Shown: positions 1-12,639 of the stretch, piece after piece | How positions within the stretch are numbered: the stretch's first letter is position 1 | How the letters are laid out: the number at the start of each line of letters is the position of its first letter | DNA from: Escherichia coli | GTDB lineage: Bacteria > Pseudomonadota > Gammaproteobacteria > Enterobacterales > Enterobacteriaceae | Strand: one strand, 5' to 3' | NCBI RefSeq assembly: GCF_011045215.1 | Contig: NZ_CP049202.1 | DNA length: 64,000 bases | Translations under genes and position numbers: made by a program | The notes under the pieces: generated by a model | Databases searched by the model: none | Seen by the model: the letters and a program-made list of their open reading frames with translations, nothing else | Told to the model about the DNA's origin: nothing

Positions 1-423
1 GAAAAAATACGGCAGTGGCGACAACGGTACTCCCGGCCGATAGTTAATGACCTGTTTGCCTGGCTTGAAGAGCAGGAGCCGTGCTGTCCGCCCGACGGGC
101 CATTAAATAAGGCGATTAACTATATCCTGAACCGACGCGATGAACTGAGCTGCTTCTTGGGTGACGGAGCCGTGCCCCTGGACAACAATATCTGCGAGCG
201 AGCTATCCGCCCGGTGGTCATGGGGCGGAAAGCGTGGCTGTTCGCCGGATCACTGATGGCCGGAAACCGCGCGGCACAGATAATGAGTCTTCTGGAAACA
301 GCAAAACGTAATGGTCTGGAGCCACATGCTTGGCTGGCAGACGTCCTGACGCGTCTGCCGGAGTGGCCAGAGGAGCGACTGGCAGAGTTATTGCCTCTTG
401 AGGGATTTACCTTCACCGGGTGA
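1..423 (+). CDS. IS66-family transposase TnpC, C-terminal fragment (5' end lies outside window)
   Basis: Frame open from base 1; translation ends ...NNICERAIRPVVMGRKAWLFAGS...LPEWPEERLAELLPLEGFTFTG, the conserved C-terminus of IS66 TnpC; compare the two intact TnpC copies at 3058-4650 and 6210-7781. Confidence 0.8.
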   Translation, partial: EKIRQWRQRYSRPIVNDLFAWLEEQEPCCPPDGPLNKAINYILNRRDELSCFLGDGAVPLDNNICERAIRPVVMGRKAWLFAGSLMAGNRAAQIMSLLETAKRNGLEPHAWLADVLTRLPEWPEERLAELLPLEGFTFTG

Positions 424-1282
424 GTGATACCTGCCGTCAGGTGTTCGTGCATCGGGCCATAACCTGCAGTCGGGAGTTGAACACCTGACGACAGGAAATG
501 AGCCAGGCCAGCAACCACGCGGGCTGACAGAGAATCAGAACCTGAATCAGCCCGGAGTTATTCCCGTGTCAGTACTTCACGACCTGACGCAATTACCCGA
601 CTCAGTACTTCAGAGCCCACCGCCGGTACCTGCCCGGCGATCCCCCCTGTACAACCCCATCGTCAGACGGCGCTCATTCGTATGCGCTGCCAGTGACTCG
701 CCTGAAAAATGCGTCAATATGAGTTCGCCGGAACGATACGAGAAACACAAAAAAGCGGCGTCAGAAATCAACTTTAAGCTCGCGTTCCAGTTTATCGCGA
801 CAGAAATAATCCGGCGGGGACTATCCCGAAACGACTGGAGCATCTGCGGGGTGCTCTGGAAGCTGTGTTCATAACAAAACGCCCTCAACCATCAAGGTCG
901 AGGGCAGTTAAGATATCAAAAACCCGTTATCCGGTGAAACGCAGTACCACTCCGCTTAAGTGAACAGCATTACCCCAATGGAGGTTTTTATTGGATGAAT
1001 TAACTTGTATGACAAGGGGTACAGCAGTAGTAACATCCATTGATTTTATGCTCTGGCCAGCGGCTTTTTGCACTCAATACTGCACCATGACAGGATGAGT
1101 GATGGCCCAGAGGAATTTGGTTCTCTGACGCTGGCATGTAAGAGCAGCCATTGGTCGCATCATGTACTTCATGATCACCATTTAATTGTGGATTCTTGTT
1201 AATTATATAATTAGGCATTTACATATCCATTGTTAGCAATTGCAAATTAGACTGCTTATTTTCCTTTTAAAATAAATGGTTA

Positions 1283-1453
1283 TCAAGCGTGTTGGATTAA
1301 TTTCCAGGTTACGCCTTTTCCATTGTATGGAGGCATTATATTGCCTTTAGCAATCGGTGCTGTAGTTGAAGGGGTTCCGACCACTTTCCAAATCCCACTT
1401 TCAGGGCATTTTTGTCCGGTAGATGCAGTTGTTCCAATTGGTACTTTAGACAT
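1283..1453 (-). CDS. small hypothetical protein (56 aa) in AT-rich segment
   Basis: ATG at 1453 preceded by AGGA-type Shine-Dalgarno; no family recognised. Confidence 0.3.
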   Translation of the reverse strand: MSKVPIGTTASTGQKCPESGIWKVVGTPSTTAPIAKGNIMPPYNGKGVTWKLIQHA

Positions 1454-2104
1454 CCTGATTCCTCTTTTGTGTTTTATCCGTATTGTTTTTGTGTAGCAAT
1501 ACAAATGTCTATATTTAGGAATCTGTTTTCAAGAGAACGTTGAGGACATTTTTTACGGCAGTGATCGCTATCACACTTTTACTTAAAATTGGGACGACAA
1601 ACGATAGGCATACTGAGAAACTGAAATTTTTGTACGCATCGCTCGTTCAGCGATGGAGTCTCCCTGCGCTGCAATAACGCAATTGTACAATATTGTACGG
1701 TTGCCAAACGTGGCTCAGATACAATGTGCCGTCAGCCAGTCTTATGGTTATATGTTTGTAGTCTATCTTATAATCAGTTTTTGATGGTGTTCAGTGACGG
1801 AACCATCTGGAGCAGAATCCCCGTTTTTCAGAACGATTCAGTATTGTTCATGATAGCCAGAAAATGGTTTTCGAAACATAGATGAATCCAGAAGTTAGCT
1901 AAGCAGGTTCACTCGATGGTACAACCTGGAACACAAGCACACCTGTATTGCAGGCTTACAACCGCCAAGATATTGACACCACTTTTGTTGCTTGTGCAGT
2001 ATTGTTTTTCATGCTCTCCACCTGGTCCAGAATATCTTGAGGCCCGCCAAGACAACGGAACCGATGGTCACTTCTGTTTTCCTGGCGGTGTTAGCAGAGA
2101 CAAA

Positions 2105-2395
2105 TCAATAGACTGCGTGAATATCGATGGTTGCACCACATGCCTGAGCATATCTTGTCAAAGTTTTCATACTGGCTCCTAAAGGATTACTTTCCAGCCG
2201 GCTGATGGCTGACGGGCGTACCCCCATTCGTTCGGCCAGCGCTGACTTTGTTAACCCCGCTTTTTCTCTCATTTCGTACAACATTTCTACCATCTCCAGT
2301 TCTTTATCGGCATCTTCATAGCCTTTGACAGCTTCCGGAGTATTAAGCAGTTTTTGCTTTACCTGGCTGAACGGAACACCTTTTACTTTCATCAT
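2105..2395 (-). CDS. higA: HigA-like antitoxin, XRE-family helix-turn-helix
   Basis: 96 aa with C-terminal HTH (LTKSALAERMGVRPSAISRLE); 4-bp overlap with the upstream toxin gene. Confidence 0.7.
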   Translation of the reverse strand: MMKVKGVPFSQVKQKLLNTPEAVKGYEDADKELEMVEMLYEMREKAGLTKSALAERMGVRPSAISRLESNPLGASMKTLTRYAQACGATIDIHAVY

Positions 2396-2703
2396 TTCAT
2401 CTCCTTCAGGCGCATCCTGGCGATTTCAATAGCTTTTGTTGGTGTCTTTTGCGTCTTTTTCACAAATGCATGCAGCAGATAGATTTCATTACCCGTTGCA
2501 TAAGCGTACAGTGTCCTTGCGACATTTTTATCCCCGACTCTCAGTTCAAAAAGTCCTCCACCAATTACACGGCTGTGAGGCATTTTCATTTTATTGCCTT
2601 CCTGTTCCAGCCGTTCAATCAATCTGGCCATGCGACCACGTAGATTATCTGGTAATTCAATCAACTCATTCAGTGCGGCCGGGTGAGTAATCACATTAAA
2701 CAT
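2392..2703 (-). CDS. higB: HigB-like toxin (RelE/ParE superfamily), toxin-first operon
   Basis: Start at internal ATG 2703 with GGAGG Shine-Dalgarno; about 103 aa; toxin-upstream/antitoxin-downstream order typical of higBA. Confidence 0.65.
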   Translation of the reverse strand: MFNVITHPAALNELIELPDNLRGRMARLIERLEQEGNKMKMPHSRVIGGGLFELRVGDKNVARTLYAYATGNEIYLLHAFVKKTQKTPTKAIEIARMRLKEMK

Positions 2704-2800
2704 ATTATAGCCTCCGAAAGGATAAAATACATCAGAACAGGAAAATTGCACAAATATAAAATTTCACTGATAAGTGAAACACATGTTAAGTACAGTTTTG

Positions 2801-2913
2801 ATGCCGCGTCAGCGGCATGGAAGGCGGCACTCCGTTGTAGCATATGGCGCAGGAGTAAAACCGCCGAAGCCCGGCGTAAGCCGATACTGATTGATAGATT
2901 TCACCTTACCCAT
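2801..2913. repeat. conserved ~115-bp structured element, copy A (second copy at 34460-34582)
   Basis: 38-bp and about 57-bp blocks nearly identical to copy B, separated by an 18-bp variable segment; begins with hairpin TGCCGC-GTCA-GCGGCA. Confidence 0.6.
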
Positions 2914-3057
2914 CCCCGGCCCTTGTATGTAATAGGACTCGATGGCTAGCTACCATCATATGAAGCAGAGTGAGCTTGTCCCAGCCCTGAACAGTCAGAC
3001 TTTGATTAGCAGCAAAAGCCCTCTGCTGTAAGCGTCAACGGAGCACCGTATTGACGC

Positions 3058-4650
3058 TTATTTATTGGTGAGAACCACGTTCCATGGCAGGAGTTCGTCA
3101 ACACGGTTGGAGGGCCATTCCGGCAGTACGCTCAGAATATGGCGCAGATACGCTTCCGGATCGATACCGTTCAGACGGCAGGTGCCGATCAGCCCGTATA
3201 GCAGTGCACCACGCTCGCCGCCGTGATCGCTACCGAAGAACACGTAATTTTTCTTTCCAAGACAGACTGCACGAAGCGCTCTTTCCGCTGTGTTATTGTC
3301 CGTCTCCGCCAGTCCGTCATCACTGTAATAACAGAGGGCGTCCCACTGATTCAGTACATAGCTGAACGCTTCGCCCAGTCTGGATTTTTTCGACAGCGTG
3401 CCATTCTTCTCCACCATCCATTCATGCAGCGACGTCAGTAACGCTTTGCTTCGCTGCTGTCTGACTGCAAGACGCTCTGACTCTGGTAATCCCCGTATCT
3501 CATCCTCGATGGCGTACAGTTCACTGATTCGCTTCAGGGCTTCTTCTGCCGTCGCACTTTTGCTGCTGATGTATACATCGTGGATTTTTCTCCGGGCATG
3601 GGCCCAGCACGCAACTTCTGTCAGCGCACCACCTTCACGTTCTGCACTGAACAGCCTGTCATAACCTGTGAACGCATCCGCCTGCAGGATACCCCGGAAG
3701 GGGCGGAGGTGTTGCTCCGGGTGTTTCCCCTGCCGGTTCGGTGAGTACGCGAACCAGACCGCCGGAGGAGATGACGAACCCGCATTGCGATCATCCCGGA
3801 CATACGTCCAGATGCGCCCTGTTTTCGTCTTTTTCAGGCCCGGTGCCAGTACCTTTACCGGTGTGTCGTCAGTGTGAAGCTTGCGGGTATTCATCACATA
3901 ACGGTACAGGGCATCATTCAGCGGTGTCATTAACTGGCAGCACGCGTCAACCCAGTTGGAGAGTAATGCACGGCTCAGTTCGACACCCTGTCGGGCAAAG
4001 ATTTCACTCTGACGATACAGTGGCAGGTGTTCGCAGTATTTTCCCGTTAACACGCGGGCAAGTAATCCGGGGCCCGCGATACCACGCTCTATCGGGCGGG
4101 ACGGCGCCGGTGCTTCAACGATGCAGTCACATTTTATACAGGCTTTTTTTACCCGTTCTGTGCGGATCACTTTCAGGGCGCTGCTCACCAGTTCCAGTTG
4201 TTCTGCACTGACTTCCCCCAGATAATCCAGCTCACCGCCACACTCCGGGCAACAGCTTTCTTCAGACTCCAGACGCTGTATTTCACGGGGAAGGTGTGCC
4301 GGTAACGGACGACGATGGCGCGACTGTCGCAACTGGCGGGGAACCTGTGGATCGTCTTCCCGCCCACTGTAACGATCGCTGTCCTGTTCGCGTTGTTTCA
4401 GCAGGGCCTCAGCCTGTTCAACTTCACGACGCAGTTTTTCAGAACGGGTACCGAACAGCATCCGGCGCAGTTTTTCTATCTGAGCCCGCAGATGTTCTAT
4501 TTCCCGTTCATCTTCTTCGATCTTTTCTTCGGCACGTGCCAGTGCAGAGCGCAGGAAGGCCTCCGTCTCTTCAACCAGACTCAGTTGCTGGTCTTTCTGG
4601 CGGAGCTGGCTTTCCAGTTCTGCAATGCGAATGAGGTATTTCTGACTCAT
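3058..4650 (-). CDS. tnpC: IS66-family transposase TnpC
   Basis: 530 aa; leucine-zipper N-terminus, CxxC zinc motifs, KYxEHLPLYRQ motif, DDE region, C-terminal LPWN. Confidence 0.9.
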   Translation of the reverse strand: MSQKYLIRIAELESQLRQKDQQLSLVEETEAFLRSALARAEEKIEEDEREIEHLRAQIEKLRRMLFGTRSEKLRREVEQAEALLKQREQDSDRYSGREDDPQVPRQLRQSRHRRPLPAHLPREIQRLESEESCCPECGGELDYLGEVSAEQLELVSSALKVIRTERVKKACIKCDCIVEAPAPSRPIERGIAGPGLLARVLTGKYCEHLPLYRQSEIFARQGVELSRALLSNWVDACCQLMTPLNDALYRYVMNTRKLHTDDTPVKVLAPGLKKTKTGRIWTYVRDDRNAGSSSPPAVWFAYSPNRQGKHPEQHLRPFRGILQADAFTGYDRLFSAEREGGALTEVACWAHARRKIHDVYISSKSATAEEALKRISELYAIEDEIRGLPESERLAVRQQRSKALLTSLHEWMVEKNGTLSKKSRLGEAFSYVLNQWDALCYYSDDGLAETDNNTAERALRAVCLGKKNYVFFGSDHGGERGALLYGLIGTCRLNGIDPEAYLRHILSVLPEWPSNRVDELLPWNVVLTNK

Positions 4651-4680
4651 GGCCGTTTTTATAATGCGGTCAGGAGTTTT

Positions 4681-5031
4681 TTACAACATTGTCAGTGAGT
4701 TAAGGCGGGATGTTTTTGGCTGACGCCAGTCCAGCTTATCGAGGAGCATTGCCAGTTGCGAACGGGTAATGGATACCTTGCCGTCACGTACCGCAGGCCA
4801 GATAAACTGGCCTTCCTCCAGGCGTTTGGTGAACAGGCACAGACCATCAGCATCAGCCCAAAGAATTTTAACGGTGTCACCCCGTCGGCCACGGAAGATA
4901 AACAGGTGACCGGAGAAGGGATTAACATTTAACACATGCTGTACCTGTTCACCCAGCCCGTTGAAAGACTTACGCATATCGGTTATCCCGGCAACGAGCC
5001 AGATACGGGTACCGGATGGGAGTGAGATCAT
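4681..5031 (-). CDS. tnpB: IS66-family TnpB (Orf2)
   Basis: 116 aa, conserved IS66 Orf2 sequence (WLVAGITDMR...LFIFRGRRGD). Confidence 0.9.
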   Translation of the reverse strand: MISLPSGTRIWLVAGITDMRKSFNGLGEQVQHVLNVNPFSGHLFIFRGRRGDTVKILWADADGLCLFTKRLEEGQFIWPAVRDGKVSITRSQLAMLLDKLDWRQPKTSRLNSLTML

Positions 5032-5447
5032 CTTCCCCTCCCGGTCAGTTCACGAATCAATACAGTGAGCAGCTCTGGTGAAGGATTTTCCAGTGTCATG
5101 TTACCGTGACGGAACTCCACCTTGCAGGAGCTGGCACTGACAGTAGTCTGAGTGGATAAGGGCGGAGTAAGAGCAGCCATCGGTTCTTTCGGCTCATCAG
5201 GCGTTATCTCTACAGGTAATAATTCAAGGCCTGCGTCAGAAGTGGTTGTCACCGGAAGACGCCGTGATATACGCCCTTCGTTTTGCCAGAGTCTGAGCCA
5301 TTTGAAAATAACATTATCATTGACGCCATTTTCTCGTGCAATCTGAGCCACACAAGCACCGGGTTGTGATGCCAGTTCAACCATACGAAGTTTGAATTCA
5401 TTCGAATACTTTTTACGAGGTTCTTTTCGCCAGTCCTGTAATTCCAT
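5028..5447 (-). CDS. tnpA: IS66-family TnpA (Orf1), HTH protein
   Basis: 139 aa; 4-bp overlap with tnpB; motif GACVAQIARENGVNDN. Confidence 0.85.
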   Translation of the reverse strand: MELQDWRKEPRKKYSNEFKLRMVELASQPGACVAQIARENGVNDNVIFKWLRLWQNEGRISRRLPVTTTSDAGLELLPVEITPDEPKEPMAALTPPLSTQTTVSASSCKVEFRHGNMTLENPSPELLTVLIRELTGRGR

Positions 5448-5532
5448 ACTTAGATGTCCGTCTGTGTCAGATGGGCGTCTAAGTTACCAATTCTTGTCTA
5501 ATGGCTACATACGGCGGTCGGTTTACGCTTAC

Positions 5533-6179
5533 GTATTTTTTCCACAGGACGTTCACGGATGAACTTCTCAATGCGATAAAGACCCGCGATTTTTCTCAGC
5601 GCCATGGCTGCACGGGGCTCCCTGCTGGCCTTATACAGACTGGCGAAGCCGCGTCTTGCGTGGCTCCAGCAACAGGCGGATGTGATACCGGGGTGATTAT
5701 CCGCCAGAGATTTGTACACGCTGTATCCGTCACTCACCAGCGTGCCACCACGCCAGCCCTGCAGGCAGGCCTCAGGATATCTGAGGGCCCGTCCGGTCTG
5801 CGAGTCAAGACAGACGACCGGCGGGCCGCTTCTTTCTCCGCTGACGTAAGCCCACAGCCAGCCGGAGCAGGATTTACCGCCTTTCCGGGTATCAAGGAGC
5901 CTCAGGGACGTTTCATCTGCATGAATAACATCCCGTGTCAGAAGCTCGTGGCGTAACAATTTTGCCAGCGGGGCCAGTGCAGCGCCAGCAACACCGACCA
6001 TATCCGCCATTGTACTGACGGGGAGCTCCACACCCATTCGGGAGAAAATGTGCTGCTGGCGATACAGGGGCAGATGGTCGGTATATTTGCTGATGACAAC
6101 CTGTGCGATGACCGATGGCTCAACAGCACTTTTCGGAAGGATATGTGCCGGCATTTTTCCGCTGAACACTTTCTCACAG
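5533..6179 (-). pseudogene. IS66-family transposase TnpC fragment (central region) of a third, disrupted IS66-family element
   Basis: Translation ...[22 protein letters not shown]...ACCWSHARR... aligns to residues about 190-400 of TnpC; bounded by IS66 copy 2 target duplication on one side and the IS66 copy 1 terminus on the other. Confidence 0.7.
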
Positions 6180-6209
6180 GTAAGCGACTCGTCAGAACCG
6201 TATTGATAT

Positions 6210-7781
6210 TTACTGAGAGCTCAGATCAACTTTCCAGGGCAACAGATCGCGTACCCGGTTTGCCGGCCAGTCCTGGATATGTTCAATGACGTAACGCAGC
6301 CACTTTTCTGGCTCCACATTGTTCAGACGGCATGTGCCGATCAGCGAGTACAACACCGCCGCATGTTCACCACCGCTGTCGGAACCCGCGAACATCCAGT
6401 TTTTCCGGCCTACGGCCACTCCCCGTAAGGCGTTCTCTGCGATGTTGTTGTCGATTTCCACCCAGCCATTACTGCAGTACACGTTCAGTGCATCCCACTG
6501 TTTCAGCAGGTATGCGAACGCTTTTGCCGTATCTGAGTGACGCGACAGTGTTTTCATCTGTTGCTGTATCCAGTCATACAGTGACTGCATCAGTGGCGCG
6601 GCTCTGGCTTTTCTTGCCGCCAGACGCTGTTCTGCTGAACAGCCCCGGACCTCTGCCTCGATGGCATACAGTTCACCGATACGCTGCAGGGCTTCCGTGG
6701 TGATGTAGGTGGGCGCTCTTGCATGCACATCGTGGATTTTTCTCCGGGCATGAGCCATACACGCGGCTTCCGTTATTCTGCCGGATTCGTATAACGCCCG
6801 GTAACCACCGTAAGCATCGGCCTGAAGCACACCGCTGTAACCGGCCAGGTGATTTTGTGGATGGATACCTTTCCGGTCCGGACTGTACGCGAACCAGACC
6901 GCCGGGGGCATCTGTGAACCGGCGTTACGGTCATCACGGACGTAGACCCACAGCCGGGCTGTCCGGGTTTTACCGCTGCCCGGCTCCTGGACCGGGACGG
7001 GGATATCATCGGCATGGAATTTACCGGGCATCAGCACATACTGGCGCAGTACGTCATACAGCGGCTCCAGCAGTTCAGCAACAGCACCTGTCCAGCGCCC
7101 CAGTGTGGCACGGCTCAGCTCCACTCCCTGACGACGGTATATTTCTGACTGGCGGTATAACGGCAGATGGTCTGCATATTTCCCGGTGACAACATGGGCC
7201 AGAAGCCCCGCTCCGGCATAACTGCGTGCAATGGGTTTTGAAGGTACTGGTGCCTGCACGATATGGTCGCACCGGCAACAGGCCTGTTTCGGACGTTGTG
7301 TTTCGATAACCTTAAAGGCGCTGCTGATAAGCTCCAGTTGCTCTGACACATCACATCCCAGAGAACTGAGTTCACCACCACAGGCAGGACAGCATTCCTC
7401 TTCCGGCCGGATAACCCGGGTTTCACGGGGAAGTGAGGCCGGTAACGGTTTACGGGCTGAAGACTGGCGCAGGGCGGATGGCAGTACCGGGTCATATTGC
7501 TCACCCAGCGTTTCCGCCATTTCTTCCTGAAGTGCGCTGATTCGCTCCTGTGCTTCCTGTATCTGCCGTTCGGTTTTTGCACGAAGTTTTTCTGAGCTTT
7601 TACCGAACTGCATACGTTGCAGTTTCGCAACCAGCGCCTTCAGCCGGTTGATTTCGGAAGCATAAGCCGCCACCCGCTGTGAGAGCAGGCGGTTGTATTC
7701 AGCCATCTGGCGGATGGTGTCCTGTTGCGTCTGCAACAGTGCCCGCAGGCGGGCGTTCTCATGAGCAAGTGAGGTGTCCAT
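6210..7781 (-). CDS. tnpC: IS66-family transposase TnpC
   Basis: 523 aa, colinear with the copy 1 TnpC ([12 protein letters not shown]-terminal LPWK). Confidence 0.9.
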   Translation of the reverse strand: MDTSLAHENARLRALLQTQQDTIRQMAEYNRLLSQRVAAYASEINRLKALVAKLQRMQFGKSSEKLRAKTERQIQEAQERISALQEEMAETLGEQYDPVLPSALRQSSARKPLPASLPRETRVIRPEEECCPACGGELSSLGCDVSEQLELISSAFKVIETQRPKQACCRCDHIVQAPVPSKPIARSYAGAGLLAHVVTGKYADHLPLYRQSEIYRRQGVELSRATLGRWTGAVAELLEPLYDVLRQYVLMPGKFHADDIPVPVQEPGSGKTRTARLWVYVRDDRNAGSQMPPAVWFAYSPDRKGIHPQNHLAGYSGVLQADAYGGYRALYESGRITEAACMAHARRKIHDVHARAPTYITTEALQRIGELYAIEAEVRGCSAEQRLAARKARAAPLMQSLYDWIQQQMKTLSRHSDTAKAFAYLLKQWDALNVYCSNGWVEIDNNIAENALRGVAVGRKNWMFAGSDSGGEHAAVLYSLIGTCRLNNVEPEKWLRYVIEHIQDWPANRVRDLLPWKVDLSSQ

Positions 7782-7800
7782 ATCCTCACTTTACAACGGG

Positions 7801-8148
7801 TTATATGCGGATTCCAGCGCGTTCCGTTCGTTTCGGGTGCTTCCAGTTGATACCTTCAAGAAGCATGGATAACTGAGCCGGAGTAAGGTGCACCTTGCCG
7901 TCACGGGTGACTGGCCAGACGAAGCGGCCCCGCTCCAGGCGTTTGGTGAAGAGGCACAGTCCGTCACTGTCAGCCCACAACACTTTTATCTGGTCACCCC
8001 GGCGTCCGCGGAAGATGAACAGGTGTCCGGAGAACGGGGCATCCTTCAGGACGTTCTGAACTTTTGATGCCAGGCCGTTAAAGCCATTTCGCATATCGGT
8101 GATACCTGCAACCAGCCAGATACGCGAACCTGCAGGGAGAGATATCAT
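7801..8148 (-). CDS. tnpB: IS66-family TnpB (Orf2)
   Basis: 115 aa, WLVAGITDMR...LFIFRGRRGD. Confidence 0.9.
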   Translation of the reverse strand: MISLPAGSRIWLVAGITDMRNGFNGLASKVQNVLKDAPFSGHLFIFRGRRGDQIKVLWADSDGLCLFTKRLERGRFVWPVTRDGKVHLTPAQLSMLLEGINWKHPKRTERAGIRI

Positions 8149-8825
8149 CAGTGGCTGCTCCCTTTTATTTCGCGGATAAGTGTCTGTAATAACGCCGGCG
8201 TCAGTTTACCTTTAAGCCTGAGAGTTCCGGCCGGCAGAACCAGCTCACAACACAGACTGTCGGACGGTGTATTTATCTGCTCTGGTTCCTGTGCGGGGGC
8301 CGGGATTTTATTATCCGGCTCCGGCGTTAACGTCACGGGAAGCAGTGCCGGCATATTTTTTCCGGAAGGCAGCAGGCCACCTTTCCGGTATTGATGGCGC
8401 CAGTTGAAGAGCAGGTTATCGTTGATTCCGTTTTCCCGGGCGATCTGCGCCACACAGGCTCCGGGCTGCAGTGACTGCTCCACTAAGGCGATTTTAAACT
8501 CATAAGGGAAGTTGGGCCGCCGGGGACGTTTTTTTACCACGGGGGCTTCGGATATAACGGTGCTTTCAGGACGTACGACTGGTACCGTGGAAAATTGTCC
8601 GTAAAGGCAGGCATCAAGTTCCTGCTCCGACATGCCTGCGGGCAAAGGCCACGAAAGGCCAGCTCTCCGAAAGCGCACGAACATACTACAAACTGTTGAT
8701 TTTGGTACACCCAGGCGACGCCCGGCCACAACCCGGGGTAAATGTTCTTCAAAGTGAAGACGTAAAGCTTCAGTGATCCAGGTCCGGTGTTTCATACGAT
8801 AGTGTCCATTAAAAATGATGGACAT
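8148..8825 (-). CDS. tnpA: IS66-family TnpA (Orf1); true start probably internal
   Basis: C-terminal half matches IS66 Orf1 (GACVAQIARENGINDN); ORF-track N-terminal extension of about 80 aa is uncertain. Confidence 0.65.
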   Translation of the reverse strand: MSIIFNGHYRMKHRTWITEALRLHFEEHLPRVVAGRRLGVPKSTVCSMFVRFRRAGLSWPLPAGMSEQELDACLYGQFSTVPVVRPESTVISEAPVVKKRPRRPNFPYEFKIALVEQSLQPGACVAQIARENGINDNLLFNWRHQYRKGGLLPSGKNMPALLPVTLTPEPDNKIPAPAQEPEQINTPSDSLCCELVLPAGTLRLKGKLTPALLQTLIREIKGSSH

Positions 8826-8878
8826 TATTTTTGTAGAGCCGGAGGAAACAGACCAGACGGTTTAAATGAGCCGGTTAC

Positions 8879-9332
8879 TCTCACAGCAGGGACAGCTGTA
8901 CTGCGGACGGACATAGCGGTGGACCACAACCTGTGCGGGGATATATTCCATTTTCCCGCTGACTTCATCGCGAATGAAGTGCAGGGGGGCATCACAGTCA
9001 GGACAACGTTCCTCAGCTGGCGGGATAACCTTTTCAGCACGGGGAAGATGTGAAGGCAAGGGCTTACGAACAGGACGTGTTGTTGTTTTTTCTTCGTCCC
9101 CGGTCTGAGGAAGCAGTTTGTCCAGATACGCCGAGATTTCTGCGATATCCGCGTCAACATCCTCTTCGAACAGGGAACACTGCATCCCGGCCAGCGATTC
9201 GCATTTTTTACCAAAACGCTGCTGGCGTGCGAGCTTCATCTGCTCTATATGAACGCATCCCGTTTGCAAGGCTTTCGTAGTTTTGACATTGACGGTAGGT
9301 TGCAGCTCTATATCCGGCCTTGTTGCAGCCAT
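8879..9332 (-). pseudogene. IS66-family transposase TnpC N-terminal fragment (same disrupted element as 5533-6179)
   Basis: ...KLARQQRFGKKCESL...KPLPSHLPR...CPDCDAPL...YSCPCC matches the TnpC N-terminal region; interrupted by IS66 copy 2. Confidence 0.7.
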
Positions 9333-9517
9333 GAAGCTGCGGGCCCCTATGTAATACGCTGACTCGCGCCTTATTCTCCCAGCGAGCTTTAATCTCCAGA
9401 GCAGATTCAGGTTTAGCGAGTCCCGGTCTTACCTGTCGTTGTCATCACTACGGCTGCCCACGCAACCTTTCAGCATTCACCCTTTTGTAAAGAGTTTATG
9501 TTTATCGGTATCAGCGA

Positions 9518-10504
9518 TTAATAAGGCCTGATACTGACATGATTTTTGTCGTATTTACGTCCGTGAGCGGCTATTGCCCACACCGTTCGCGCCAGCTTGT
9601 TTGCCATTGCGACGATTGCCACGCTGGCCGGACGACGTTTTTTCAGTTCGGTTATCCACGGCCCAGGTTCTTTGGTCAGTAATGCTGCCGCCCTTGCACC
9701 ATGAATAAACAGGGTTCGCAGATATTTATCACCACGTTTGCTTATTCCCAGCAGGCGGATTTTTCCTCCTGAGCCTGTCTGTCTGGGCACCAGACCAACA
9801 TAAGCCGCGAACTCTCGCCCTGATTTAAACACTGATGCTTTCCCCATGATGGCCAACGCTGCCGTTGCAATAAGTGGACCAACGCCAGGAATATCCAGCA
9901 ACCGTCTACAGGTTTCATTCTGTCTCGCCACACTGGTAAGCTGTTTTTCTATATCATCTATCAGTGAGTCCAGTTCATTCAGCCTGTTGTACTGATTTTC
10001 CAGCACTGTAATGAGATACAGTGGCAGTCTCTCTTTCATCCGCTCCAGTGCTTCAGGGAACTCCCGTTCCATCGCTGCCCGACCTTTGTGGATGGTTTCA
10101 CCAAACTCCAGTAACGTCCCGTGCAGGGCATTAATTTGCGCGGTCCGGAACTTCACCAGTTGTCTGCGGGAACGGTGCAGAACCAGTATTGACTGTTGTT
10201 CTTCTGTTTTGACGGCGATTTCTTTACCTGGCTGCTGTACCGCCATCCAGATAGCTCGCGCATCCATCACGTCATTCTTATTGCCCATGACGAATGCTTT
10301 AACGAAGCGAGCCTGCAACAACCGGACTTTGTGTCCCTGCTTTGTTAATTCACGCGCCCAGTGCCGGGAGCCTCCACAAGCTTCCATGCCAATCAGGCAG
10401 GGTTCGCGGTTACTGAAATACGCCAGAAAATCCTGACGACGAACCTGCTTATCCACCACTTCCCCTGTGTGCTCATTGATGAAGTGAACCTGAATGACAT
10501 GTTT
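9518..10504 (-). pseudogene. IS110-family transposase, 3' part (codons about 13-340), separated from its 5' end by IS21 insertion
   Basis: ...LIGMEACGGSRHWARE... and C-terminal motifs of IS110/IS1111-type transposases; the ORF-track N-terminal 18 codons derive from the IS21 terminus. Confidence 0.75.
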
Positions 10505-10605
10505 TGTCAGCGCCAGTGATATAAGACGGTAATTCACCATTTGGATTGTCCGCTCCACCCAACATGTTGTTTCCTTAAGGTTCTCACACCAGAAAGGACA
10601 TCAAC

Positions 10606-12575
<1,970 letters not shown>

Positions 12576-12639
12576 CGAAAGTATCTTAGCGGGCATGAAA
12601 ATGGCAAATAACGGTCAAACATCGTGGCGTTGACAGTTT

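Larger units (their letters stand above)
3028..5532 (-). mobile_element. IS66-family insertion sequence, intact copy 1 (2505 bp)
   Basis: Imperfect terminal inverted repeats GTAAGCGTCAACGGAGCACCGTAT (3028-) and reverse complement GTAAGCGTAAACCGACCGCCGTAT (-5532); tnpA-tnpB-tnpC inside; no target duplication. Confidence 0.8.
6180..8878 (-). mobile_element. IS66-family insertion sequence, intact copy 2 (2699 bp) with 8-bp target-site duplication
   Basis: Inverted repeats GTAAGCGACTCGTCAGAACCGTAT (6180-) and reverse complement GTAACCGGCTCATTTAAACCGTCT (-8878); direct repeat TCTCACAG at 6172-6179 and 8879-8886. Confidence 0.85.

Noticed and set aside
566-874. 102-aa plus-strand ORF after the IS66 fragment
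   Set aside because: No ribosome-binding site or recognisable domains; lies in the IS66 terminal region and flank, so probably non-coding.
5501-5956. 151-aa plus-strand ORF
   Set aside because: Antisense to the IS66-family tnpC fragment; GC-rich antisense frames are commonly open by chance.
9518-10558. Possible IS110-family transposase with a substituted catalytic N-terminal motif (ISLAL instead of IGIDL)
   Set aside because: The aberrant N-terminus is an artefact of the ORF running into the IS21 terminus; the genuine N-terminus (MKYTPVGVDIAK) is found beyond the IS21-family element.
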